64,000 nucleotides of DNA from positions 5,002 to 69,001 of the forward strand of contig DATLUA010000054.1 in NCBI GenBank assembly GCA_035533295.1, written 5' to 3'. Source of the stretch: Elusimicrobiota bacterium (GTDB lineage Bacteria; Elusimicrobiota; Elusimicrobia; UBA1565; UBA9628). A model generated the notes under the pieces. The model was not told where the DNA came from. It was given only the letters and a program-made list of their open reading frames with translations, and made no database searches. Positions 16,341 to 25,837 of this stretch are shown one piece after another. Every line of letters starts with the position of its first letter. Within the stretch, counting starts at the first letter, position 1. Made by a program: the position numbers and the translations under genes.

Positions 16341-17942
16341 TCACCGAACCCGGTATATCTCAAGGGCCGGCCGGCCCGTCGGATCGCGAAAAACCTTGAC
16401 CCGCGCCAAGGGCGCGTCCAGCCTTGCCGCTGCGGCTTTAAGCTCGCGGGCTATGTCCGATTCCGTGTCGTTCTCAACGAGGAAATAAGGCCTGTCCTTG
16501 CGGAGCAGCCACCTCCTCCAAGGAAGACGGTTGCTTAAAATCCGGTCAGGCCACGGAATAAGAACCGCCCGGCCCTGCGAAAAATAAGGCGCTGCGGCGG
16601 TGAATGGCACCGACAAGGAAATGATGGGAATCCGCGCTTCCTGGCCGGCCCATTGAGACGCTTGAATAATCAGCGGCGACATCTCGTACCAGTGCGCCGC
16701 GGCCACGTCGACATTATCCTTTCGAAAAAGCCGGGCATCGCCGGCGAACTGGGCGGCGCAGGCCAGGGCCAGCGCGCACCGGGCGGCCGCGCGCGGCCGC
16801 CCGGCGGGAACGTCGGCAATCCAGGAAACCGCCAGCACGGCCAGGATGGGAACCAAGGGGGTCAAATGGATGGCCAGCTGATCGGTCGGGCTTACGGCCG
16901 CGATGAGAAAATATCCGATGGCGATAATCCAGAGAGCCGCCGTGGCGCTCCAAAGCGTGCGCCGTCGCCAGGCGCTTCGAGCGGCAAAAGCCAAAGAGAG
17001 CAGAAGCGTCGCGGCATAGAGCCAGTGCCACGGCTCCGGGATCATGACGCCCTCTGGGCCGTCGCACAGGCTCACCAATTGGCTCGCGTTGAACTTCAGG
17101 TTCATCCAATACGCCAAGTTGCTGCAGGTCTCGTAGCCGGGCAAACCGCACGTTGGCGAGTCTCGATTGACGAGACGGCGGGCATAAAAAAAGACGCTGA
17201 ACCAGCCATGAGCCGCGTTCCAAGCAAGGATGGGCAGCAGGAAAATCCCGGCGCAGAGGAGGAATCCGGAGATGAGCCGGGCTTTGGCGGCATTGGACTT
17301 TGGCAGCAGGGCGATGACCTCGCGCCAGACCAGGGCCGCGTAAAGCGCAAGACCTGCGCCGAGGCCCGCCACCCAGGTCCGGGTGCAGAGCCCCATAAAA
17401 AAAGCGGCGCAGGCCGCCCAGGCATAAGCCGGCTTGCGCGCGCGGACGAATGACAGGGCGAAGCACAAGGCCCAGACGGACGCCGCCACGTCCGGCGCAC
17501 TGACATATTCGCTGCGCGTCATCGCCATTGCGGGACAGACGGCCAGCAGGACCGTCGAGAGAAACGCGGCCGCCTTGCTTTCCGTGGCGAGAAAAGTCAG
17601 CCGCCACGTTCCCCAGAGCGCGAGGAGAAACATGAGCGCGGAGTAGCTCCGCAGCGATGCCAGCGTGCCGCCGCCCAAGGCGACAAAGGGCGAGAGCAAG
17701 TAAATCCCCCACGGTCCGTGCGAGGGGTTTAACATCAGGGGCGTTTTCCAACCAAAGACCGCGGCGCTCGGCCCCGTGAACATGTTGGGAATCTGATGAA
17801 TCCAGGCGTAGGCCGCGATGCCGCTTAGCGCCTCGCCCGTGAATACGCCTTGATACGGCCAGAGGCGGCAAAGGAGAACGAGGAAGAGCCCCCAGGAAAA
17901 AAGCACGGCGGCCGGTTCTGAAAAACGCTCAAGCCGTTTCAT
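16341..17942 (-). CDS. Polytopic membrane protein, GT-C-like (ArnT/PMT-type glycosyltransferase family, tentative)
   Basis: Start MKRLERFSEP at 17942 overlaps the stop of the upstream gene (ATGA). More than 10 TM helices and a soluble C-terminal domain. Family assignment by architecture and context only. Confidence 0.55.
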   Translation of the reverse strand: MKRLERFSEPAAVLFSWGLFLVLLCRLWPYQGVFTGEALSGIAAYAWIHQIPNMFTGPSAAVFGWKTPLMLNPSHGPWGIYLLSPFVALGGGTLASLRSYSALMFLLALWGTWRLTFLATESKAAAFLSTVLLAVCPAMAMTRSEYVSAPDVAASVWALCFALSFVRARKPAYAWAACAAFFMGLCTRTWVAGLGAGLALYAALVWREVIALLPKSNAAKARLISGFLLCAGIFLLPILAWNAAHGWFSVFFYARRLVNRDSPTCGLPGYETCSNLAYWMNLKFNASQLVSLCDGPEGVMIPEPWHWLYAATLLLSLAFAARSAWRRRTLWSATAALWIIAIGYFLIAAVSPTDQLAIHLTPLVPILAVLAVSWIADVPAGRPRAAARCALALACAAQFAGDARLFRKDNVDVAAAHWYEMSPLIIQASQWAGQEARIPIISLSVPFTAAAPYFSQGRAVLIPWPDRILSNRLPWRRWLLRKDRPYFLVENDTESDIARELKAAAARLDAPLARVKVFRDPTGRPALEIYRVR

Positions 17943-20212
17943 CTGTGGGACGGGCGCTTGGCGAGGCGGCTCCGAATTTCCGGCAGGTAATGCAGCGCCG
18001 GCGCGTAACGCGGATCGACTTGCAGGGCCAAAGAGAGCTCGCGCGCCGCGATGCCCCAATCCTTGCCCCAATAGAGCACCGCGTAGTCGTAGTGGGTTTC
18101 GGCCAGAGGATAAATCGCGAGCGAGTTCTGGTAGCTCCGCTCGGCGCGGGCAGGATTCCCCAGATGCTGCTCGGCCACGCCCTCGTGCATCAAGGCATCG
18201 GCCTCCTGCTTTTTAATTTCGGCGACGACGCCGGGCAGCGCGGCGTATTGGCCGGCCAGAACGACCAAGCGCGCGCCGATTCGGGCCGCGAGCGCGTAAT
18301 TTTGGGCTGCGAGCGCGTAGTCGCCGCGCGAGAAGGCGTCGTAGCCCAAAAAGGCCGGCGCCTGTGGCGAAAGCCAGTCCATGGCCCAGCCCCATCTGAT
18401 TTGCGAAAGACCCAGGGACTTCAGGCCCGTCTCATAAGCGTCCGAGCCCGCCTTGTAGAGCGCCTGGCTGTAGTCCGCGACCACATCCGAGGTGAAAAAG
18501 TCGTGGTAGGCGTCGTAATCGTAATCGCCGCGAAAAGCCATCAAGCTCCAGGGCGCGACTGAAGCCCGTGCATCGTATTTTTGTTGCCATCCGATTAAAA
18601 ACCCTTGGGATTTCGCCGAGCCCGCCAGGTCCTGCGGAACGGCGGCGTCGGGCGTGGCGAAGGCCGGCGCATCAGCGGCCGCGAGCTGTTTTAAGCCCGC
18701 GTCGCTCTCCGCCTCGCCGATAAAGGCGTTGGGGTGATCTTTCTGGAAGCCGTTTTGGTACCATGGCGCGCCGGAGAGCCCCTGCGCCACCACGCGCACC
18801 TCCGGCCGCAGGCCCATCACGGTCTGGTAGAACCACAGGGTGTAGACCGGCACGTCTTCCTTGACGATGACCGTGCCGCGCGGCGGAACGCAGAGAAAAA
18901 CGTTGCGCGCGTAGTCGAGGCTAAAGAAGTGGCTCCTTCGGTCCATGGCGTGAACCCGCCCGGCCAAGAGCGGCGCCAGCGCCAGCGCCGCGACCGCGGC
19001 GGCGGCCAGCGCTGGACAAACGCTTTGCGCGAGCCAAGCGATGCCCTCAGCGGCCCACAGGATCAGGATGATGTCCGGAAGCAGGTAGTACGGCAGGACG
19101 ATGGCGGCGGCGTGCGGGTTGGGCGGCATGTTAGCGATGAAGAGAAAGAAAGGCCCGGTCCAATACCAGCAGGCCAAAAGCCCCAACCAGCGCCGGCGCT
19201 CATCCCTCCAACATTTGAAGAACCCCGCGGCGCAGGCGGCCAAGCCTACCAGGGAGAACTGTCTCCAAAGGTGCTGGGCGTAGAGGACCATGTTGACGCC
19301 GAAGAGCTGGCCGATGCGGTAGTTCTCGGAGATGAGATCCAGAGTGCCGCCGTACTTGGTGCGCAGCACGCTCGCGATCAAATTCCCGAAGACCGCGGGG
19401 TGGTGCCAGTCAAGCCACGGTCCCGCGGCCGAGCGCAGTGACAAGTAGGCGTAGACCGAGAGACCCAAAGCCGCGAAGACGGCGCTCCGCATGGCCCAGC
19501 GCAAGCGATCTTTCACGGGGCAGAGCCACAGGACCGTGCCTGCGATCAAGATCGCGAGGGGATAGTTTTTCTTGGACAAGGCCATTATGGCGGGAAAAAC
19601 CAAAAATGAAAACACCGACCAGAGCGCGGTTTTGTTTTTGTCCTCGTCGCCGAGCACCAGCCACAAGAGCCCGGGAATCAGCATAAGTATTTCGAGGCGG
19701 TTGCCCAAGAATAGGCCGAACAAGAAGACAAAGCCCAGCCAAACTTTTTCCCGATAAGCTCGGCCCAAACTCAGCGCCAGGGCGATCAAAATGACGGCGA
19801 GCAAAATGGAGAGCGAATACATCTCCTGGACCTGGGACACGGCCCAGAAATCCGAGTTCGGGCCCAGGAGCAGCGCCGCGCCCAGCGCCGCAATCGCGCC
19901 GAAGAATCTTTCGCTAAGAATATAGAGCGCCGAGACGGCCGCGGCACCGGCCAGGGCCGACAAGATCATCAGCCGGTAGGCGGGATTGCCCAGAGGCACA
20001 AGGTCCATGACGTGTCCCAGCATGATGTAGAGCGGGTATCCTGTCGGGTGGGACACGCCCAAGGTCCAGGCGCTGGTGGCCATCTCGCCCGAGTCGCGAT
20101 AGGGCGCCAAGGCCGGAAAGGCGGTGAACAGGTAAAGCGCGAAGAAGCCGAAGAACAGGCCGAGCGCGGCGCTCGCGGCGGCCAAGCGCTTGGCTACTGG
20201 CCGGTTGATCAT
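17939..20212 (-). CDS. DUF2723 (TMEM260-like protein O-mannosyltransferase family) membrane protein with C-terminal TPRs
   Basis: FPALAPYRDSGEMATSAWTLGVSHPTGYPLYIMLGHVM matches the DUF2723 N-terminal loop motif (D-S-G-E ... H-P-x-G-Y-P-L). Many TMs. C-terminal TPR-like AQNYALAARIGARL...YQNSLAIYPLAETHYDYAVLYW. Start taken at ATG 20212 (MINRPVAKRL...). Confidence 0.75.
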   Translation of the reverse strand: MINRPVAKRLAAASAALGLFFGFFALYLFTAFPALAPYRDSGEMATSAWTLGVSHPTGYPLYIMLGHVMDLVPLGNPAYRLMILSALAGAAAVSALYILSERFFGAIAALGAALLLGPNSDFWAVSQVQEMYSLSILLAVILIALALSLGRAYREKVWLGFVFLFGLFLGNRLEILMLIPGLLWLVLGDEDKNKTALWSVFSFLVFPAIMALSKKNYPLAILIAGTVLWLCPVKDRLRWAMRSAVFAALGLSVYAYLSLRSAAGPWLDWHHPAVFGNLIASVLRTKYGGTLDLISENYRIGQLFGVNMVLYAQHLWRQFSLVGLAACAAGFFKCWRDERRRWLGLLACWYWTGPFFLFIANMPPNPHAAAIVLPYYLLPDIILILWAAEGIAWLAQSVCPALAAAAVAALALAPLLAGRVHAMDRRSHFFSLDYARNVFLCVPPRGTVIVKEDVPVYTLWFYQTVMGLRPEVRVVAQGLSGAPWYQNGFQKDHPNAFIGEAESDAGLKQLAAADAPAFATPDAAVPQDLAGSAKSQGFLIGWQQKYDARASVAPWSLMAFRGDYDYDAYHDFFTSDVVADYSQALYKAGSDAYETGLKSLGLSQIRWGWAMDWLSPQAPAFLGYDAFSRGDYALAAQNYALAARIGARLVVLAGQYAALPGVVAEIKKQEADALMHEGVAEQHLGNPARAERSYQNSLAIYPLAETHYDYAVLYWGKDWGIAARELSLALQVDPRYAPALHYLPEIRSRLAKRPSHR

Positions 20213-20246
20213 CCTTGAATATTGCCAGATTGCCCGGCGGTTTTCA

Positions 20247-21014
20247 ATGAGGGCGAAGGCCGCTCCCCGGGCTTTACACGACGAGGGGGCCATTGATACC
20301 ATCTACCAATCCGTGGCGCTATTGCAAGAGGAACGGACGCTCGCGGGCCCGGGCCCGCGCGAAACGACGGGTTGGGGGCAAAGCGAGTTTGCCAGGGCCG
20401 CCGTGGCCCTGGTCGCCGCCGCTTTGCTGGTCGCTGGCTTTCTGAGGATGGAAAACTTCTGCGCGTCGCTGCAGAGCTTCCACCCCGCCGCGCTGCCCTG
20501 GGACGGCCTCATCCCCCTGGAGCCTGCCTGGGTTTGGATCTACCTGCTTTATTACCCGTTCTGCGTGAGCGCCGCTTTTTTTCCGGGGGTCTTTCGCAGG
20601 GCGCGTGTATTCTGGGCGATTCTGCTGGGCTTCCTTTTCCAGTTCGCGGCCGCCGGCCTGATTTTTTATTTTTTCCCCACGCGCATCGTCCATCCGTCCG
20701 TGCCGGGCGTGGGCTTAAGCGCGCAGGCCCTGCGCGAGCTCTACGCCGTGGACAGCGGCCACTGCATTTTTCCCTCTCTGCACGTGGCCAACACGGTTTT
20801 CGTCTCCCTGGTCGCGACCCGGATGCTCGCCAAGCGCTGGAGCGCGCTTTTTTTCATTGTGGCCGGGATCATCGCCGCGTCGACCGTGCTGGTCAAGCAG
20901 CATTTCCTGGTGGACATCCCCTCCGGCGCGCTTCTGGGAATTTTGGCCTACTGGCTCGCCACCCGGCCCGCGCTTGAAGGCCCGAAGGCCGGCGGGCTGC
21001 CGATAAAGGGCTGA
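20247..21014 (+). CDS. PAP2-superfamily membrane phosphatase / phosphotransferase
   Basis: ...CIFPSLHVANTVFVSLVATR...VLVKQHFLVDIPSGALLG contains PAP2 motifs C2 (S-x-H) and C3 (H-x3-D). 5-6 TM. Divergent from the DUF2723 gene. Confidence 0.7.
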   Translation: MRAKAAPRALHDEGAIDTIYQSVALLQEERTLAGPGPRETTGWGQSEFARAAVALVAAALLVAGFLRMENFCASLQSFHPAALPWDGLIPLEPAWVWIYLLYYPFCVSAAFFPGVFRRARVFWAILLGFLFQFAAAGLIFYFFPTRIVHPSVPGVGLSAQALRELYAVDSGHCIFPSLHVANTVFVSLVATRMLAKRWSALFFIVAGIIAASTVLVKQHFLVDIPSGALLGILAYWLATRPALEGPKAGGLPIKG

Positions 21015-21016
21015 TT

Positions 21017-22072
21017 TTAGCGGCGTGCCCGGCCCTTGGCGGCGCTTTCGCGCAGGAAGCGCGCCGCCTCCGCCAGGCAAAGGACCGCCGTCACGCAGAC
21101 GTCCTTGGCCGCAAAGCGCTTCATCCATTCTTCGCGGTCCGCCAATTTAAAAACTTTTTGAATTTTCCTGGAGAGCGCCGCGGCGTTTTTGAGCGGGTCG
21201 TCGGCCATGGGCTTGAGCTTGGCCAGATCCAGGAGATCGAGAAGGGCCAAGGCGAATCCCTTTTCAAGTGCGGCCACGGCCAGCAAGGCGCCGTCTTTAG
21301 TTTCGTAGAGGCGATAAAAGGGGTGGGCGCCGTTCCACCAATGCCGGCCCCGGCCCGGATCCTCTCCGGTCGCCCGCCAGTGCCCCAGGGCCGCGACTAG
21401 CCACGAGTGCACGGCGTCCGTCATTGAAATCCGGATGCGGCGCCCGCGCCGAGTCCGGTCTCTTTCCAACAGAGCCGCCAAAATTCCGGAAACGGCGGCC
21501 ATGCTGCCGGCCAAGTCCGCGATTTGCGCCGAGGGAAACGCGACTTGCCCCGCGGAGGTGCCCAGGCCTAGAAAGCCGCTCATGGCCAGGAAATTCAAGT
21601 CGTGCCCCGCTTTGCGGCCCCAGGCCGACGCGGGATTGTAGCCCGAAATCGAGCAGTAAACCAAGCGCGGGTTGACGCGGCGCACAGCCTCGAAACCCAG
21701 GCCGATGCGCTCCATGACCCCGGGCCGAAAGCCTTCCACCAGGACGTCCGCCTTGCCCAGCATGTCGCGCAGCCGCCGCAGTCCCGAGGGCTTACGAAAA
21801 TCGAGGCTCAGCGTCTTTTTCCCCCGGTTGATGAGCCGGTACATGGATCCAATCCCGCCAATCGCGGGAGAAAAAGCCTTCAAGGGGTCCTGGAAATAAG
21901 GAAGCTCGACGTGCGTGACGCGGCAGCCCATGTCGGCCAGGATTTGCGTCGCGTAGGGGCCGGGCAGCATGCGACTTAAATCAACGATGAGAATTTTTAA
22001 AAATCCATTAAAGGGGATCCCAATCCCGCCCAGGGGTCTCTCCGGCTCCGAGTGCCCGCGGCGATTTTTCAT
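21017..22072 (-). CDS. CoA-transferase family III (CaiB/BaiF-type)
   Basis: LKILIVDLSRMLPGPYATQILADMGCRVTHVELP...GRKAGHDLNFLAMSGF is typical of family III CoA-transferases / racemases. Start ATG 22072 overlaps the upstream stop by 1 nt (TAATG). Confidence 0.85.
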   Translation of the reverse strand: MKNRRGHSEPERPLGGIGIPFNGFLKILIVDLSRMLPGPYATQILADMGCRVTHVELPYFQDPLKAFSPAIGGIGSMYRLINRGKKTLSLDFRKPSGLRRLRDMLGKADVLVEGFRPGVMERIGLGFEAVRRVNPRLVYCSISGYNPASAWGRKAGHDLNFLAMSGFLGLGTSAGQVAFPSAQIADLAGSMAAVSGILAALLERDRTRRGRRIRISMTDAVHSWLVAALGHWRATGEDPGRGRHWWNGAHPFYRLYETKDGALLAVAALEKGFALALLDLLDLAKLKPMADDPLKNAAALSRKIQKVFKLADREEWMKRFAAKDVCVTAVLCLAEAARFLRESAAKGRARR

Positions 22073-24219
22073 TATTGACCGGCCCGCGCCGCCCGGAAGG
22101 CCGCTCCCCGCGCGAAATTCGCCCACGTCGCGTTGCCAGGGACAAGGCGTGACGCTTGCGAAAGCGCCGCGGCGGCTTCTTTCCAGCGCTTTTGCTTCCA
22201 GTAGAGCTCGCCCAAATCATAGTAAGCCTCGGCCCAGTTCAGATTCTTAGCCGTGGCTTCCAAGTAGAGCGCCTCGGCGGTTTTCGGTCGGCCCAAGTGC
22301 TCGTAGGCTACGCCCAGGTTGCACAACACGTCCGCGTCGCCGGGATACACGGCGCGCGCCAACTCCAAGGCGCCCTGCGCCTGGGGCCACAAGGATTTTT
22401 GCGCCGCGTCATAGGCGATAAATTCCAGCTGGTAGACGACCTGCTTTTGGGTCCACAAGGCGTCGGGCGCCAAAAGCCAGGTCTCTTCAAGGTCCGTGAT
22501 GGCTTGCGGAAAATCCCCCCGCGCCGCCAAGTCCGCCGCGCGCATGACGGGGTAGAACGCGACCAGGTCCCGGTCGCGGTAGTGGTTTTGCAACAGGCTC
22601 ATCTCCCAGCGCTCGGGATAAATCGCCCACAGGGCTTGGTCGACGGCAGCGCCGCCGGCCTTCGCGGCTGGGTGGTAGAGCAGCCCCGCGGGATTCAAGA
22701 CAAAGCCGGGCAGGATATGGGGATTGAGCGTGGCGTAATAGAGCCGGCCCGTGCGCGCGAGGGCGCTTTCCACCGCGTCGCGGCGGCTTTCCTTCATCTC
22801 TTTGGGCAAGTCGAGAAAGTCCGGACCGTAAGGGTTGGCGAAAACGAGACCTCCGCGGTCGTGCAGGTCCACGTCCGGCCGCAGGCCCTCGGCCCGGGTC
22901 AGAAAAGCCAACGAATAAAACGTGTCGTCCCCCCCGTCCATATATAAGGAGGAGCCGGGCGGCAGGCTGTGCAGAATCGCGCGGCCATAGTCGTAGGAGG
23001 CAAAATCTCCCCGCTCGTTCCAGGCCCCGGCCGAGCCGAAGGCCGCCAAGAGCGGGCACAGGCATAGGGCCCAAGCCGCGGCGCGCCCTGCCGCGCGCGG
23101 CAGAATCATTTCGAGGGCCTCCACGCCCGCGCCGGCCAGGAGCGCCGCGCCTAGCCACGAGGCCAGGTAGAAGCGCTGCAACGCGGAGCTGGTCTGCGCG
23201 TCGAAGGGCGGGTTGCCCAGCATCAGAAAAAAGGGCCCCGCGATAAAGAGGATGAGCAACGGAAAGGCGAGGCTTGAGCGCAGCTTCAACTTCGTCCAAG
23301 CCGCGGCGCCAATGGCCGATAGCGCCGCTGCGGGCCAGCCCAACTCGCGCAGGGAATATCGTCCGTAGCGCGCGAGCTGGAGGGCCCACGCGCGCACGCC
23401 GCGCGTCTGCGCGCCCTGCACGGTCAGCGAAAACGAGCCGTAGTCTCGGCGAAAAAACATGTGCCAGAAGCGCGCCCAGGTGGTGGGCTGGTCCCAATCC
23501 AAGGGCGGCACATGCGCCGCGCGCACCGGGAGATAAATGTACGCGCAGAGTCCCAGCACGAAAAATAGGCCGAACACCACGGCCGCGTGGGAAATTCGCT
23601 GCAGCGCCGCGCGGGTGTCTCCGTAGCGAACTGAGCCCGTGAAATCCCGCATCGGGGTGAGCGCAGGAGATGTCCGCGCGGCGCTGATCCACAGCTCCGC
23701 GGCCAGCGCCGGGAAAATCAGCACGATGGTCTGGTGGTTGGCCATGCCCAAGCCGAAGACCAGGCCCGCCGCGGCCATGGGCTTGTCGCCCCAGAGTTGC
23801 TCCCGGAACCGGAAGACCACCCAAATCGCGGCCGCGGCAAAGAGCATGTGCAGCGCGAAGACCTCGGTTACGGCCGATTCGTAGCGCCACAGGACGCAGC
23901 AGCCCAAAACAAGCGCGGCAAAGAGCCGCGCCGGGCGGCTTAAGCCCGCGCGCTTGGCGGCGTTTACGAAAATCGCCAGGGCCAGCGCGCCGCAGAGCGC
24001 GGAGAAAACGTTGGTGCGGTAGGCCCAGTTGCCCGCGGCCAAAAAGGTGCCCAGCGCCCGGGACATCAAGACGTAGATGGGATAGCCCGGCGCGTGGGGC
24101 AGGCCCAAGGCCGCCACGCTGGCCGCGTATTCCCCCGCGTCGCCGAAGGTCACGCTGGGCGCGGCGCTCCAAAGCCCGGCCGCGAAAAACCCCAGGAAAA
24201 TCAGGATGGGCTCAAGCAC
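22072..24219 (-). CDS. DUF2723 (TMEM260-like) membrane glycosyltransferase with C-terminal TPRs (second paralog)
   Basis: MLEPILIFLGFFAAGLWSAAPSVTFGDAGEYAASVAALGLPHAPGYPIYVLM... (D-x-G-E ... H-x-P-G-Y-P). Many TMs. C-terminal TPRs (ADVLCNLGVAYEHLGRPKTAEALYLEATAKNLNWAEAYYDLGELYWKQKRW). Confidence 0.8.
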   Translation of the reverse strand: MLEPILIFLGFFAAGLWSAAPSVTFGDAGEYAASVAALGLPHAPGYPIYVLMSRALGTFLAAGNWAYRTNVFSALCGALALAIFVNAAKRAGLSRPARLFAALVLGCCVLWRYESAVTEVFALHMLFAAAAIWVVFRFREQLWGDKPMAAAGLVFGLGMANHQTIVLIFPALAAELWISAARTSPALTPMRDFTGSVRYGDTRAALQRISHAAVVFGLFFVLGLCAYIYLPVRAAHVPPLDWDQPTTWARFWHMFFRRDYGSFSLTVQGAQTRGVRAWALQLARYGRYSLRELGWPAAALSAIGAAAWTKLKLRSSLAFPLLILFIAGPFFLMLGNPPFDAQTSSALQRFYLASWLGAALLAGAGVEALEMILPRAAGRAAAWALCLCPLLAAFGSAGAWNERGDFASYDYGRAILHSLPPGSSLYMDGGDDTFYSLAFLTRAEGLRPDVDLHDRGGLVFANPYGPDFLDLPKEMKESRRDAVESALARTGRLYYATLNPHILPGFVLNPAGLLYHPAAKAGGAAVDQALWAIYPERWEMSLLQNHYRDRDLVAFYPVMRAADLAARGDFPQAITDLEETWLLAPDALWTQKQVVYQLEFIAYDAAQKSLWPQAQGALELARAVYPGDADVLCNLGVAYEHLGRPKTAEALYLEATAKNLNWAEAYYDLGELYWKQKRWKEAAAALSQASRLVPGNATWANFARGAAFRAARAGQ

Positions 24220-24663
24220 GGCCTATCTCCGCTACCAACTGCTGCAAAACAGTCGTGGCACGCCGCCAGCGCTCGATCTCTCCCAGGCCCGCGCACGCGG
24301 CCGTGATGAAGCGCAGGCTCAAGAGTTTGGTCAAGCGCATGGGAAGTCCCTGGGCGATTCTACAAAACGAATAGGCTGGTGCGGGCGCGTCCGCAGGCGA
24401 ACCGCGCGATTTCGAGGCCTGGGAACTTTTGCAGCGCCTCCATCGCGGATGAGGTAGGGGTCGGGACAGAGAGCGCATCGAAGACGCGATGCGGAAAGTC
24501 GGCGTGCTTCTGCTCGCCATCGCGCCGCTTGACGTCGATTTAAACTCTTGATTTTCTTCGCTGTCGGGATAACAGTAATGACGGAGGCCTTCATCAAGGC
24601 GCCGCCACGCTTTTCGCCGCGGTTTTCGCGGTCTTCGCGCCCGCGCCCCATGCGGCTGCATCC

Positions 24664-25156
24664 ATGGATCAACTCTGCGCAGGCGAAATAAAGGCGGGCT
24701 CCGTGAAGAAGGCGCACGGATATCCGGTCGCGGGAGACTATCTCGAGGATATCGGCCGGGAGTGCTCGCATATTGCCGCCCTGGAAGTCGAAGTCGCGCG
24801 GAAATCCCCCGCCGCCTGCCCCGGCGCGACGGGGTGCATGGATTGCTTCAAGCGGGCCCTGCGCAGGAGCCCGCCGCGCTCTACGTCGGCCTTGCGGCAG
24901 AAAGCAGCAGGCCGCGCTGACGCGCCTTCAGGCGCTCGAGGAGGGATCGTTGGATTTGTTCCGGCAAAAGGCTCTGACCTCCATTGGGCAGGTGATGGCG
25001 AAGCCTTCCGCCCTCCAGCCGCAGTGCGGCAAGAGCGCCTGCGGAACCGCCGAGGTCAAGCGGCGCGCCGCCGTGTACGAGAAATTGAACGCGCGTCTGT
25101 TAAAGCTTCAAGCTGCGGCCGGTTTGGGCGGGGCCGCGCCTAACTCTCCGCGATAA
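24664..25156 (+). pseudogene. Hypothetical ORF with an apparent frame switch near 24890-24900
   Basis: Third-position GC is high in frame of 24664 up to about 24895, then drops. From there it is high in the frame of track ORF 24773 (…KQQAALTRLQALEEGSLDLFRQKALTSIGQVMAKPS…VYEKLNARLLKLQAA). No recognisable family. Confidence 0.25.
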
Positions 25157-25234
25157 GCCCCTGCGGGCGGGCGCGGAGAGTTCCGGATTCTGATTCTGGC
25201 GTTTACACCCGGCAAAATTTTATACTGAGCGCGC

Positions 25235-25837
25235 ATGGCACCCCGTTCAAAGCCCGGTCGCAAATTCTGGAGCGCCCTGCTTTTGGGCGCCGCGCTGGGC
25301 GTCTTGGCCGCCGTGAGCGCGGAAATCTCCGGAGTCTACCTCGCGGCCACGCGCGGCTGGCTGCCAGCCAACGCGGACGCGCCGCCGCCTGCCCTGGAGC
25401 GCTGGCTCGCGACCACGGCCTTAAACGCGCTTATCCTGCGCGAAGCCACCACCAAGCCCAACCCGGTCGCCTACACCGAGGCCAACTTCGTGGCGGGCGT
25501 GCGCATCTACGCCGCCAACTGCGCGATCTGCCACGGCGCGGCCGACGGCCGGGCCTCCAACGTCGCCCGCGGCCTCTACCAGAAGGCGCCGCAGCTCGCG
25601 CGCTACGGCGTCGCGGACGACAACCCCGGCGACGTGTATTGGAAAATCGCCCACGGCATCCGCATGACGGGCATGCCGGCCTTCGGCGGCGCCTTGACCC
25701 TAAAACAGATTTGGCAGCTTGTGCTTTTCCTGCAAAACATGCACTATCTGCCTCGGACGGCTCAAAAAGTTTGGGACGCCGTGCCTGACGCGTCCGCCAG
25801 CGACGCCCATCCGTCATCAAAGGAGAAACGCTCATGA
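25235..25837 (+). CDS. Membrane-anchored mono-haem c-type cytochrome
   Basis: N-terminal TM (FWSALLLGAALGVLAAV), haem motif CAICH in ...IYAANCAICHGAADGRASNV, and a distal Met (GIRMTGMPAF). A paralog starts at 63706. Confidence 0.75.
   Translation: MAPRSKPGRKFWSALLLGAALGVLAAVSAEISGVYLAATRGWLPANADAPPPALERWLATTALNALILREATTKPNPVAYTEANFVAGVRIYAANCAICHGAADGRASNVARGLYQKAPQLARYGVADDNPGDVYWKIAHGIRMTGMPAFGGALTLKQIWQLVLFLQNMHYLPRTAQKVWDAVPDASASDAHPSSKEKRS

Noticed and set aside
22487-24172. 561-aa minus-strand ORF in an alternative frame of the DUF2723 gene. Similar long alternative-frame or antisense ORFs occur at 3664..4623, 16714..17871, 28508..29728, 33179..34339, 39140..40033 and 40735..41877.
   Set aside because: All are Arg/Pro/Gly/Ala-rich low-complexity translations overlapping genes with clear family signatures. 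They are stop-poor artefacts of GC-rich sequence.
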